This document shows, piece by piece, positions 40,756 through 50,291 of a stretch of 64,000 nucleotides of DNA; the stretch's first letter is position 1; each line of letters begins with the position of its first letter. A program made the position numbers and the translations under genes. The notes under the pieces were generated by a model that saw nothing but the letters and a program-made list of their open reading frames with translations, was not told where the DNA came from and searched no databases. Origin of the DNA: Candidatus Shapirobacteria bacterium (lineage in GTDB: Bacteria; Patescibacteriota; Microgenomatia; UBA12405); contig JBAZTV010000001.1 in the NCBI GenBank assembly GCA_041661765.1, positions 364,791-428,790 of the forward strand, given 5' to 3'.

Positions 40756-41673
40756 ATGATTGAAACAAACAAATTTAATATTAAGACCGTAAAATCAGAC
40801 GATAAATACGGTAAGTTCGAACTTAGTCCATTAGTTGGTGGCTTCGGTCACACTCTTGGTAACAGTTTACGTAGAGTTTTACTGATCACTGTTCCAGGTG
40901 CTGCTATTACTAGAATCAGAATCGATGGTGCTAATCATCTTTTTACTACCCTTCCAGGCGTTAAAGAAGATTTAGTTGAAGTTTCTTTAAATCTTAAAAA
41001 AATTAAATTTAACTACAATAAAAACGAGCCAATCGTTTTAACTCTCGAAAAGAAAGGTCCTGGTATTATTACTGCTGGTGATATTACTGATTCTGATTTA
41101 TGTAAAGTTGCCAATCCAGAACAAGTTATTGCCACTCTTTCCGATAACAAATCATCTTTCAAAATGTCTTTAACAGTCGAAAGGGGAGTTGGCTATACCT
41201 TAGCTAAAGAACAAAAAACAGATATTGTTGGTGAAATTATTCTCGACGCTGCTTTTACTCCAGTTATCAAAACCAATTACATGGTCGAACCAACTCGTTT
41301 AGGTAAAAAATCCAACTACGACAAATTAACTATGGAAATTTGGACTGATGGTTCAATTGATCCTCTCGTCGCCCTTAAATTAGCTGCTAAAGATTTAATT
41401 AATTCTTTCAGTCAAATCGCTGATCCAAAAGAATTTGAAGAAGAGGTTATAACCCTTTTAGCTTCCCCCGCCTCCCATGGTAGCGACATTTCTGTCGAAG
41501 AAATAGAACTTCCTTTAAGAGTTACTAATGCCCTTAAAAAAGCTGGTTATCCAACCATCGATGCTTTAATCAAAGCTGGTCGTTTAGATGTCAGTAAAGC
41601 TAAAAATGTCGGTGAAAAATCATTAAAGGTTATCGATGCCTGGCTCAAAGAAAGAGGCTTCACTTGGAAATAA
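40756..41673 (+). CDS. rpoA: DNA-directed RNA polymerase subunit alpha
   Basis: Alpha N-terminal domain (…GFGHTLGNSLRRVLL…) plus C-terminal domain. Confidence 0.92.
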   Translation: MIETNKFNIKTVKSDDKYGKFELSPLVGGFGHTLGNSLRRVLLITVPGAAITRIRIDGANHLFTTLPGVKEDLVEVSLNLKKIKFNYNKNEPIVLTLEKKGPGIITAGDITDSDLCKVANPEQVIATLSDNKSSFKMSLTVERGVGYTLAKEQKTDIVGEIILDAAFTPVIKTNYMVEPTRLGKKSNYDKLTMEIWTDGSIDPLVALKLAAKDLINSFSQIADPKEFEEEVITLLASPASHGSDISVEEIELPLRVTNALKKAGYPTIDALIKAGRLDVSKAKNVGEKSLKVIDAWLKERGFTWK

Positions 41674-41676
41674 ATT

Positions 41677-42135
41677 ATGAAACATCGTATTGCTGGAAAA
41701 AAATTAGGCCGAAATTTCAACGAAAGAAAATCATTACTTAAATCTTTAACTAGATCTATGTTTACTCATGGTGCCATTGAAACTACTGATGCTAAAGTGA
41801 AAGCTGTTGTTCCTATGGTTGAAAAATTAGCTAATATTATTATTACTAAAGAAGAATTAACTGCCAAAAGAGAATTATTTAAAGTTCTCCAAGACCAACA
41901 TTGGGTCAATCGTGTTGTCGTTAATTTTAAATCAGTTTTTGGTGATCAAAAATCAAATTTCACCACCATCCAAAAAATCAAACGTCGTTTTGGTGATGAT
42001 GCTTTAATTGTCAAATTCAGTTTTGTTAAACCCGTCAATTTTAAGCCTGAAATCAAAGAAGAGATTAAAAAAACTGTTATTAAAAAAGAAAAAACAATAA
42101 AAAAAGTTAAAGCAGTCAAAAAGGAGTCAAAATAA
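41677..42135 (+). CDS. rplQ: 50S ribosomal protein L17
   Basis: MKHRIAGKKLGRN. Confidence 0.9.
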   Translation: MKHRIAGKKLGRNFNERKSLLKSLTRSMFTHGAIETTDAKVKAVVPMVEKLANIIITKEELTAKRELFKVLQDQHWVNRVVVNFKSVFGDQKSNFTTIQKIKRRFGDDALIVKFSFVKPVNFKPEIKEEIKKTVIKKEKTIKKVKAVKKESK

Positions 42136-42551
42136 TGAAAACCACAGTTTTAAAAGGTAGTAATGTTGAAAGAAGTTGGCATTTAGTCGATATTAAGGGT
42201 AAAACTCTAGGTCGCATTTGTACTGAAATAGCCGAACTTTTAATAGGCAAAGACAAACCAGCTTTTTCCTATCATCGAGATGATGGTGATTATGTTGTTG
42301 CTATTAATGCCGCTGATATTATTACCACCGGTCGTAAATTAAAACAAAAAATTTATTACCATCACACAGCTTGGTCGGGTCATTTAAAAGAACTTACTCT
42401 CGGCGAACTTATGAGAAAAGATTCTCGTAAAGTTATAGAACATGGTGTTTATGGTATGTTGCCAAAAAATAAATTAAGAGATGTTAGAATGACTCGTTTA
42501 AAAATTTTTGTTGGCACTGACCACAAATACACTGAAAAATTTACTAAATAA
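42135..42551 (+). CDS. rplM: 50S ribosomal protein L13
   Basis: L13 family; position. Confidence 0.9.
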   Translation: MKTTVLKGSNVERSWHLVDIKGKTLGRICTEIAELLIGKDKPAFSYHRDDGDYVVAINAADIITTGRKLKQKIYYHHTAWSGHLKELTLGELMRKDSRKVIEHGVYGMLPKNKLRDVRMTRLKIFVGTDHKYTEKFTK

Positions 42552-42555
42552 AACT

Positions 42556-42969
42556 ATGGCAACAAAAAAAACTACTTCAAATACTTATACCTATGCAATT
42601 GGCAGAAGAAAAGCTGCTGTTGCTACTGTTAAATTATTTTCTGGAAAAGGTGAATCTACTATTAACAAAATTGCTATAGAAAAATATTTTCCCAGTAAAA
42701 CATCTAAAATTGCCTACGACAGACCCTTCTTAATTACCGATAATGTTGGTAAGTATTATTTTGAGGCCAGATTAATCGGTGGCGGTAAGGGTGGTCAAGT
42801 TGAGGCCCTTAGCTTAGCTCTTTGTCGTGCTTTGGTTAAAATAAATGAAGCCTTCAAACCTATTATTAAACCAACTGGTTTATTAACTGTTGACTCTCGT
42901 GTTAAAGAAAGAAGAATGGTTGGTACTGGTGGTAAAGCTCGTCGCCAAAAGCAATCTCCAAAGCGTTAA
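42556..42969 (+). CDS. rpsI: 30S ribosomal protein S9
   Basis: C-terminal GGKARRQKQSPKR; true start MATKK at 42556, while the track ORF starts at 42508. Confidence 0.9.
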   Translation: MATKKTTSNTYTYAIGRRKAAVATVKLFSGKGESTINKIAIEKYFPSKTSKIAYDRPFLITDNVGKYYFEARLIGGGKGGQVEALSLALCRALVKINEAFKPIIKPTGLLTVDSRVKERRMVGTGGKARRQKQSPKR

Positions 42970-42988
42970 CAATATTTTTGTTTTTATT

Positions 42989-43017
42989 GTAGGGGACAGG
43001 CATGCCTGTCCCTTTTC
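42989..43017 (+). terminator. Rho-independent terminator after rpsI, formed by a GTAG-headed REP-like palindrome
   Basis: GTAGGGGACAGG-CATG-CCTGTCCC followed by TTTTCGG. Confidence 0.8.
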
Positions 43018-43116
43018 GGTTTAAAATGGTTTTAGGCCAAAAAAAAGCGGTTGAAATATAAACTACCCGAAGGTAAATTTAGTCATTCAACCGCCATCCT
43101 TTAAATTTTAATTTTT

Positions 43117-43485
43117 TTAGTTTTCTAGTTCGATCCTAATATTGTTTCTTCTATTAATCAATTCACCTTCTCTACAATAACCTCTTTTGTCACATGTTTT
43201 TTCATAAAAACATTTATTACAAGAGTTAGGGTTAGATAAATTAATTTTCATCAACATTTTATATAATTCGATTTTATTTTTTTTAGATGCTTCTTCTGTT
43301 ATATTAAAACCATATCGTTTTTTGTCTAGTAATTCAATAATTTTTCGATTTACGTTTTCACTGTGATTAAATGTATTAATTAACCTCCAAAACATCAAAG
43401 AACACCTGCTCTGTAAAAAAGGCCACAAAAAAAATGCCCAAAATACCAAAAAAATCAAAGAAACACCAAAATTAGTCAACTTAGT
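43117..43485 (-). CDS. Hypothetical membrane-anchored Cys-rich protein (start MTKLTN; RBS GGAGG)
   Basis: N-terminal TM helix and a C-terminal CNKCFYEKTCDKRGYC four-Cys cluster; the track ORF extends to 43503. Confidence 0.45.
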   Translation of the reverse strand, partial: TKLTNFGVSLIFLVFWAFFLWPFLQSRCSLMFWRLINTFNHSENVNRKIIELLDKKRYGFNITEEASKKNKIELYKMLMKINLSNPNSCNKCFYEKTCDKRGYCREGELINRRNNIRIELEN

Positions 43486-43678
43486 CATTTCGAAAACCTC
43501 CATTCATTTAAAGGTACTTTTTATATTAAAAAGACTTTTTCAAGCGCTAGGCTTAAATTTATCTTCTAATTAAAATTAAATTATTATAAATAATTATAAT
43601 AACGACCCATAATATCAAAATTATGTCATTTTGTCAACATTAACACCTCGGTGGGGTTTTTGTTTATAATCAACTCAT

Positions 43679-44407
43679 ATGTCATTTTTACAAGCTATAA
43701 TTCTCAGTTTTATTCAAGGCATTGCCGAATTTTTGCCAATTTCTTCTTCAGGTCATCTCAATTTAGCTCAATATTTTTTTAAAATTGAACCATCATTAAC
43801 TTTAGATATTTTCCTCAACACCGCTACTTTTTTATCAGTTCTTTTTTTCTTTCGAAAACAATTAAAATATTTTTTTACCAATCTAAAATTTATTATCGTT
43901 GCTTCAATTCCAGCCGCCTTGGTTGGCATTTTATTCAAAGACCAAGTTGATTCCATTTTTGCCAACATTCATCTTTTACCATTTTTCTTCATTTTAGGTT
44001 CAATTTTTGTTTTTTCAACCAAATTTTTTGGCTCAAAAGACGAAAAATTAAATTATAAAAAAGCCATCATTATCGGAATTTTTCAAGCCATCGCCATTTT
44101 ACCCGGAGTTTCTCGCGCTGGTGCCACTATTTTTACTGGTTTATTATTAGGACTCGCCCCAATTCAAGCCTTCAATTTTTCCTTTTGTCTTTTTATTCCA
44201 GCCTCTTTTGGCGCCCTTCTTTTAGGTGCCAAAGATTTATCTACTTCCGGAATTTTGAGCCCAGAATATTTATTGGCATTTATAATTACTTTCTTTGTTG
44301 GTATTTTTGCCCTCGGTGTTCTTAAAAAAGTTTTAATCGGTTACAAATTTTGGATCTTTGGAATTTACACTTTTATACTAGCTATCATCACTTTTTTCAT
44401 TCTTTAA
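43679..44407 (+). CDS. uppP: Undecaprenyl-diphosphatase (BacA/UppP)
   Basis: FIQGIAEFLPISSSGHL N-terminal signature; multi-TM. Confidence 0.85.
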   Translation: MSFLQAIILSFIQGIAEFLPISSSGHLNLAQYFFKIEPSLTLDIFLNTATFLSVLFFFRKQLKYFFTNLKFIIVASIPAALVGILFKDQVDSIFANIHLLPFFFILGSIFVFSTKFFGSKDEKLNYKKAIIIGIFQAIAILPGVSRAGATIFTGLLLGLAPIQAFNFSFCLFIPASFGALLLGAKDLSTSGILSPEYLLAFIITFFVGIFALGVLKKVLIGYKFWIFGIYTFILAIITFFIL

Positions 44408-44424
44408 CGTTATAATGTCATTAT

Positions 44425-45186
44425 ATGATCAAAAAAGATTTTAAAGCCCGTGAACTCTTAAAAAAAAGTCTAGTTTTATATAAAAAAAATTTTTTAACTT
44501 TATTTATCATTGCACTTGCGCCATTATTTTTCTCTATTTTTTTATCATTAATAACTAATTCATACTCGTCATCCGTTTTAAGTTGGTTTTCTAATCTAAT
44601 TGAAGGAAAAAATATTAGTTTTAATATTTTAAGTCTTTCAACATCGATTTTAATCGTTCTATTAGTTTTCATTATTAATTCCGTCATTGCTAGCTGGGGA
44701 GAATTAGCCCTGTTAAATACAGTAAAAAATCAAGAAAGAAATATCTCAGAAGTTTGTAAACAAACTTGGAAAAAAATAATTCCGTTCTGGTTGTTATCTA
44801 TAATTTATTATTCAATCAGCTCACTTGGAACAATCTTATTAATAATTCCAGGGATTTTATTCATAATTTGGTTTAGTCTTTGTTTTTGGATTTTTGTTGA
44901 TCAAGACATTAGAGGTTTTGATGCCTTAAAACTTAGTCGTAAATATATGAAAGGAAATGTCTCCTATTTTCTTAAAAAATGGCTTTATCTATTAATTCCA
45001 TACATAATCCTTTCAATCTTTTTAGAAATTATTTTAAAAACAACCAATTCATCTGATTTTATTAGTAGTTTAATAGATAATATTTTCGCTGCTTTAATAG
45101 GACCAATTTTCACAATCTATAGTTATTTTATCTACCAAAAAATTAAATCAACTAAAATTAAAACTATCAAACACGAGAAGAATTAA
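44425..45186 (+). CDS. Hypothetical polytopic membrane protein
   Basis: About 6 TM segments; no family recognised. Confidence 0.45.
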   Translation: MIKKDFKARELLKKSLVLYKKNFLTLFIIALAPLFFSIFLSLITNSYSSSVLSWFSNLIEGKNISFNILSLSTSILIVLLVFIINSVIASWGELALLNTVKNQERNISEVCKQTWKKIIPFWLLSIIYYSISSLGTILLIIPGILFIIWFSLCFWIFVDQDIRGFDALKLSRKYMKGNVSYFLKKWLYLLIPYIILSIFLEIILKTTNSSDFISSLIDNIFAALIGPIFTIYSYFIYQKIKSTKIKTIKHEKN

Positions 45187-45437
45187 CATTCCCCAGTCTT
45201 TCCACCTAATCTATCAATCACCATTTTCTTTAAATTTTCCGACGCCACTTTAATAACTCTTCTTTTTTTGACTTTTTGTTTTCTATTTTGAGTCTCAACT
45301 TCAATTTTGAAAACCAATTCTTGTTCAATTTTATTTTCTATATCCATAATTATTTTTAACAGTCTCCCTTTCATCAAAGGGATAAACGGCGAAGCCGAGA
45401 GGGATTTTAATATTGTCCGCTCATATAATTTTTCCAA
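45183..45437 (-). CDS. Doubtful small ORF downstream of the exonuclease gene; its 5' end overlaps the exonuclease 3' end
   Basis: No convincing RBS for any of three possible starts. Confidence 0.2.
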   Translation of the reverse strand: MEKLYERTILKSLSASPFIPLMKGRLLKIIMDIENKIEQELVFKIEVETQNRKQKVKKRRVIKVASENLKKMVIDRLGGKTGEC

Positions 45438-46363
45438 ATTAAATATAATTCAGTTGTCGCCATAGCATCTCTGGCTACGTAATCAGCAATTTTATTAAAT
45501 TCACCAGCATTATATAAAGGAGAAACATCACCTCCATGTACTCCTTTTGCTTTTGGATTTTCAATATTAAAAGCTTTACATAACATTTCCAATTGAAAAC
45601 TGCGACCATTTTGTCGAATTTTATTAGCCAAATCAATTGATTTTTCTGATCCCCATTTTTTAATTTCAAATGGCATTTTTACTCGATTAATTCCCGATCT
45701 AATCATTAAATAAGGAAAATCAAAACCATCACCATTATAAGTCACAAATTGTTCATATTTTTGTGTAATACTCCAAAATTCTTCCAATAATTCTTTTTCT
45801 GTAGTAAATATTTTATAATTAAAATTAGCTTTTTCTGGCACAATTTCTTTACTCGACAAACTCAAAACAAATCCGGTTTTATTATTAATATCATACGCCC
45901 CAATAGCACAAACCATTCCAAAAATAGAATATATTGCCGTTTTTCCTTTAGCTTTTTCTTTATCTGTTTCAACTCTTTCCAAATTATTTAATAAATAATC
46001 TTGTTCAATCTCATCTAGTTCTTCAAAATTCTTCCCCAAAGTTTCAATATCAAAAACCAAGGTTGGTATAGAAGGGGAATAATCATCAACATCCTCATTT
46101 GTCACGATCTGACAGCTATCAATTATTATTCCCATCTTTCCATTATATTCTTGAGTCTTTCCATTTAATTCAATTACTTTCCCAACTTCAAAATTACATT
46201 GAGGGATATTATTATTCCAAATTTTAGCTTCAATTTTTCCATCTTTATTATTTAATTCCAAAACATAAAAATTGTCTCCGTTTTTAGTTTGTTTAATTTC
46301 TTGATTGCTCACCAAAAAATGTCTATCTCTTATTAATTCATTTGTTTCAAATTTAATTGCCAT
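45407..46363 (-). CDS. 3'-5' exonuclease of the PolB-exonuclease-like (RNase H fold) family with an N-terminal OB-fold-like domain
   Basis: Exo I VFDIETLG, Exo II YNGDGFDFPYL, Exo III YVARDAMATTELY. Confidence 0.6.
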   Translation of the reverse strand: MAIKFETNELIRDRHFLVSNQEIKQTKNGDNFYVLELNNKDGKIEAKIWNNNIPQCNFEVGKVIELNGKTQEYNGKMGIIIDSCQIVTNEDVDDYSPSIPTLVFDIETLGKNFEELDEIEQDYLLNNLERVETDKEKAKGKTAIYSIFGMVCAIGAYDINNKTGFVLSLSSKEIVPEKANFNYKIFTTEKELLEEFWSITQKYEQFVTYNGDGFDFPYLMIRSGINRVKMPFEIKKWGSEKSIDLANKIRQNGRSFQLEMLCKAFNIENPKAKGVHGGDVSPLYNAGEFNKIADYVARDAMATTELYLIWKNYMSGQY

Positions 46364-46416
46364 ACATTAAATTATAGCTCAATAATATAATATATGTATC
46401 AAATATATACGCAAAC

Positions 46417-46444
46417 TTGACACTAATAATAAAAATGTTACAAT
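46417..46444 (+). promoter_or_regulatory. Consensus sigma70-like promoter TTGACA-16-TACAAT for ppa
   Basis: Seen directly, 10 nt upstream of the ppa ATG. Confidence 0.5.
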
Positions 46445-46454
46445 CTTTTTTAAT

Positions 46455-47018
46455 ATGAACCAACTCATAACCATTGGTAATGAATCTCCGAAAATAGTTA
46501 ATGCTATTATTGAGATTGTTAAACAAACATCAAATAAATATGAATACGATGAAGAGCTAGACATCATCAAATTAGACCGTGTTTTACATTCACCAATGTT
46601 TTATCCAGTTGATTATGGTTTCATTCCAGAAACCCGTTCTAAAGATGGAGATCACTTAGATGTCATGGTTTTAACAAATTCTCCTGTTTTTACTGGCTGT
46701 CTTCTAGAAGTTCGTCCAGTCGGAGTTTTGATTATGTCTGATGAGGCGGGTGAAGATGAAAAAATATTAGCTGTTCCTTTGAAAAATCCCACATACAATG
46801 AAATTAAAAAATTATCAGATGTACCAGAACACTCCTTGAAAGAATTGGTTCACTTTTTTACTGAATATAAAAGATTAGAAAGTAATAAAAACGTTACCAT
46901 TAAGGGTTGGCTTGGGCAAAAAGAAGCCTACGACATTATCAGAGAATCTGCTAAAGCTTACGAAGACGAACAAAAACAAAAAGAGATTGAAATGACCAAA
47001 TCTTCTCCAAAAGGTTAA
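46455..47018 (+). CDS. ppa: Inorganic pyrophosphatase (family I)
   Basis: DYGFIPETRSKDGDHLDVMVL signature. Confidence 0.88.
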   Translation: MNQLITIGNESPKIVNAIIEIVKQTSNKYEYDEELDIIKLDRVLHSPMFYPVDYGFIPETRSKDGDHLDVMVLTNSPVFTGCLLEVRPVGVLIMSDEAGEDEKILAVPLKNPTYNEIKKLSDVPEHSLKELVHFFTEYKRLESNKNVTIKGWLGQKEAYDIIRESAKAYEDEQKQKEIEMTKSSPKG

Positions 47019-47524
47019 ACATTTTGTTCCTCACAAACCAACTCAGTTTGTAATTTTCTATAATCAATTATTGTTAAGATTCCTGTTGCTAGGTCAAAAA
47101 ACATCAACATTAAATATAATGGTTCCCATCCGCTGAAAAATTTAAATAACAATAATATTACCAAAGTAAACCATGTATATATTGCCAAAGGATATGCCCA
47201 TAATTTTCTCTTTAAAAGCATAATTGACAAGAAAGTTTTTATTAATCCATGAACCAATAAATAAACCATTCCAAAATTAATTCCTGGGCTTATATTTTGT
47301 GTTATTTCTACTAATTTATTGGCCAAAAAATCATTTGGATCTTGAGTCAATTCATGTTCAGTTATTTTTAAAATAAATTGCACTAACTTATCTGTCTTGG
47401 CTGAATATACCAACAAAGCCCCACCCAGTATTTCAAATACTCCTTCCAAACCTTTAAAAAAAACGATGATTTCAAACAATTTACCTAAAATTTCTTCTTT
47501 TTTTATTTTTTTCATCTTTGTCAC
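47015..47524 (-). CDS. Hypothetical membrane protein (DUF2127-like)
   Basis: Four hydrophobic segments; weak resemblance only. Confidence 0.4.
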   Translation of the reverse strand: MTKMKKIKKEEILGKLFEIIVFFKGLEGVFEILGGALLVYSAKTDKLVQFILKITEHELTQDPNDFLANKLVEITQNISPGINFGMVYLLVHGLIKTFLSIMLLKRKLWAYPLAIYTWFTLVILLLFKFFSGWEPLYLMLMFFDLATGILTIIDYRKLQTELVCEEQNV

Positions 47525-47572
47525 TACCGAACCTCTTACTGCTATTGTAAGAAAATAGCAGTCTAATTACTA

Positions 47573-48115
47573 TTAATAGCTTGAAGAGAACAATATCCCT
47601 GTCAAATTAACCGCGAGAGTTTGTTCATTAAAATGTAATCCAATCTCCGTTAATTTAACTCCCCTCGGTTCAAGTTGGGAAGCCAACACTGAACCTAAAG
47701 ATTGATTTGGGTCTTTTAGTGTTTCTCTGGCTTTCCCTTCAATATTAACTGCTTTCAAAGCTAATTTTGCCGCAAAATCCGCTTCTTGTTGTATATATAA
47801 TTCATCAAGTTTTATGCGGTTTAGTTCAGTGCTATTACCTAAAATTAAATTGACATTAATTGTCGCTTGAATAGGTTTTTCTACTTTTACATTACCATTT
47901 ACTATACCCTTAGCCTCTTCGATTTTTACATTCATAACGGGAACCGATGCTTTTATAACTTCTTGACCCTGTACTAAATCAACTATTACACCAGACATAA
48001 TACTAGACAATTCCTGGGCTGTAATTTCCCGCTGATATCCGCCTGTTTCTTTTATTGCTTGTGCTGCCTCATCAAAAAGGGGCATTTCAATAATTATTTT
48101 ATGTCTTTCCAACAT
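47573..48115 (-). CDS. Hypothetical protein (180 aa; possible SPFH/band-7-like C-terminal fold)
   Basis: ORF with a charged helical C-terminus; no firm family. Confidence 0.35.
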   Translation of the reverse strand: MLERHKIIIEMPLFDEAAQAIKETGGYQREITAQELSSIMSGVIVDLVQGQEVIKASVPVMNVKIEEAKGIVNGNVKVEKPIQATINVNLILGNSTELNRIKLDELYIQQEADFAAKLALKAVNIEGKARETLKDPNQSLGSVLASQLEPRGVKLTEIGLHFNEQTLAVNLTGILFSSSY

Positions 48116-48179
48116 ATTTACATTTTATGTAGATCTTATAATTTCATCCAATAAAAATTAAGAGTGACTTAAAAAAATG

Positions 48180-48253
48180 TCGGGGATACAGGATTCGAAC
48201 CTGCAACCTCATGCACCCCATGCATGCACGCTAGCCAATTGCGCCAATCCCCG
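48180..48253 (-). tRNA. tRNA-Pro (anticodon GGG), 74 nt, CCA not encoded
   Basis: Manual fold gives acceptor stem CGGGGAU/AUCCCCG, D-arm GCGC...GCGU, anticodon arm CAUGC-AUGGGGU-GCAUG (U33, GGG, G37) and T-arm GCAGG-UUCGAAU-CCUGU. Confidence 0.8.
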
Positions 48254-48393
48254 TTCTGCAAAGCAATATTATTTTATCAAATTTTTAATTAATTAAATCT
48301 ACTTTGGGTTTTATTCGGTTTTGCTTATTGACTTGATACATTTCTTTTTGATATCACTATTATTGTAAAGTTAATTTTATTAATAAAAACAAA

Positions 48394-49488
48394 ATGTACA
48401 AAAAGAAAGCAAAAAAAGAAGTTCAAAAAGGTTCTCCAGTTGGTGGTAATCAAAGCCAAAAAAATGAAGCTATTCGTATTGCCATGGAACAAATAACTAA
48501 GGCTTATGGTGATGGTGCTATTATGAAAATGGGCGAAAAACAGGCAGATATGTCTATTGAGGTTGTTCCAACCGGCTGTCTTCCTTTAGATATTGCTCTT
48601 GGTGTTGGTGGTCTACCTCGTGGTCGGGTTACGGAAATTTTTGGACCGGAAGCTTCTGGAAAAACCACTCTTTGTCTTCATGTTATTGCTGAAGCTCAAA
48701 AAATAGGGGGCACTGCCGCTTTTATCGATGTTGAACATGCCCTCGATCCCAGTCGTGCTGCTGCTATCGGTGTCAATCTCGACAGTCTTTTAATTTCTCA
48801 GCCAGACAATGGTGAACAGGCCCTTGAAATTGTTGAAACTCTTGTCCGCTCCAACGCTGTTGATGTTGTTGTTCTCGATTCAGTTGCCGCCCTTGTTCCA
48901 AGAGCCGAAATTGAAGGCGAAATGGGAGACTCAATGATGGGTGTTCAAGCTCGTCTAATGTCTCAAGCCCTTCGAAAACTAACTGGTGCCATTTCTAAAT
49001 CAAAAACCATTGTCATTTTTACCAATCAAATTCGCCAAAAGATCGGTGTTATGTTTGGCAACCCAGAAACCACTCCTGGCGGTTTAGCTCTCAAATTTTA
49101 TGCCTCAGTTAGAATTGATCTTCGCAAAATTGCTAACATTAAAACTGCCTCCGGTGAATCAATCGGTTCCCAACATCGTGCTCGAATCATTAAAAACAAA
49201 GTTGCTCCGCCATTCAGAGAAGCTGAATTCGACATCATGAACACTGAAGGTATTTCTATTTTTGGTAGTTTAGTCGATTTAGCTGTTCAACACGGACTAA
49301 TCACTAAAGCTGGTGCCTTCTTTAAAGTTGATGGTCAAAACATTCAAGGCCGTGAAGGTACAAAAAAACATCTTAAGGAAAATCCAAAATTAACTAAAGA
49401 GCTTAAAGATCAAATTTGGAAAAAAGTTAAAGAAAATACCCAATCAGTTAAACTTGAGCGTCCTACAGACGCCCCAGTCGAAGAATAA
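48394..49488 (+). CDS. recA: Recombinase RecA (with ~17-aa basic N-terminal extension)
   Basis: Walker [10 protein letters not shown] and RecA L1/L2 loop regions. Confidence 0.95.
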   Translation: MYKKKAKKEVQKGSPVGGNQSQKNEAIRIAMEQITKAYGDGAIMKMGEKQADMSIEVVPTGCLPLDIALGVGGLPRGRVTEIFGPEASGKTTLCLHVIAEAQKIGGTAAFIDVEHALDPSRAAAIGVNLDSLLISQPDNGEQALEIVETLVRSNAVDVVVLDSVAALVPRAEIEGEMGDSMMGVQARLMSQALRKLTGAISKSKTIVIFTNQIRQKIGVMFGNPETTPGGLALKFYASVRIDLRKIANIKTASGESIGSQHRARIIKNKVAPPFREAEFDIMNTEGISIFGSLVDLAVQHGLITKAGAFFKVDGQNIQGREGTKKHLKENPKLTKELKDQIWKKVKENTQSVKLERPTDAPVEE

Positions 49489-50138
49489 TGCAAATCATCA
49501 GTATTAAAGTCAGTCGAATTCCCAACCGAGTTTGGTTGACTTTTTCTGATCATTCTTTCATTCCGTTTTTTATCGACGATGTCGTCAAATTATCTTTATT
49601 AAAAAATCAGGAAATTAATGAATCAAAATTAGAATTAATTACAAAAACCGCTTTACAGTTTGTTGGTCGCGAATACGCTCTTCGTCAAATTGCCATTTCT
49701 CCCAAAACAGAAAAAATTATCAATCAAAAACTTAAATTATTTTTCCAAAAAACAGTTTTCAAATACAAAATAAACACTAATAATTTAAACCTGAGTGACA
49801 TTAATCAACAAATAGTCAAATATTTAAAAGATAAAAAACTTTTAAATGACCAGGATTTTATTAATTATTTCATCAAAAGAAATCATAAAAAATCCCGCCA
49901 GCAGATAATTTATTCTCTTCAGCAATTTGGTGTCGATTCAAGTTTTTTATCTTCAATTAACTTCATCCAAGAAAATGATATTAATAAAATAAAAAATTTA
50001 TTAAATAAAAAAAATATCGACAAATCAAAATTAACCGATTTTAACGAAAAAAATAAAATTAAAGCTTCTTTATATCGTCGTGGTTTCAATATTTCAGATA
50101 TAAATACTGCATTTGACGATTGGCTTAATTTTAGATAA
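49488..50138 (+). CDS. recX: Probable RecX-family regulator
   Basis: Directly downstream of and overlapping recA; repeated helical modules (…LLNDQDFINYFIKRNHKKSRQQIIYSLQQFGV…). Confidence 0.5.
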   Translation: MQIISIKVSRIPNRVWLTFSDHSFIPFFIDDVVKLSLLKNQEINESKLELITKTALQFVGREYALRQIAISPKTEKIINQKLKLFFQKTVFKYKINTNNLNLSDINQQIVKYLKDKKLLNDQDFINYFIKRNHKKSRQQIIYSLQQFGVDSSFLSSINFIQENDINKIKNLLNKKNIDKSKLTDFNEKNKIKASLYRRGFNISDINTAFDDWLNFR

Positions 50139-50291
50139 AATACAACAATTAGTTTTTAAATTATTATAATTTTAACTTTTTATTCTAAAGCACCCAAATA
50201 TGTTACTCAAATTAGTCAAAAAATCGACTCGTTGTTAACTTAAGCCATTTTTCCGTGGTGTGTTTTGCTGTAAAAAGTATCTGGAGGTCAT

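Noticed and set aside
43631-43669. Promoter for uppP (TTGTCA...TATAAT)
   Set aside because: The spacer between the candidate hexamers is ~27 nt. The adjacent CACCTCGGTGGGG hairpin is too weak (4-bp stem) to call a terminator.
45183-45437. 84-aa minus-strand ORF after the exonuclease gene
   Set aside because: It overlaps the exonuclease 3' end and the GC-rich hairpin, and none of three candidate starts has an RBS. It is kept only as a low-confidence feature.
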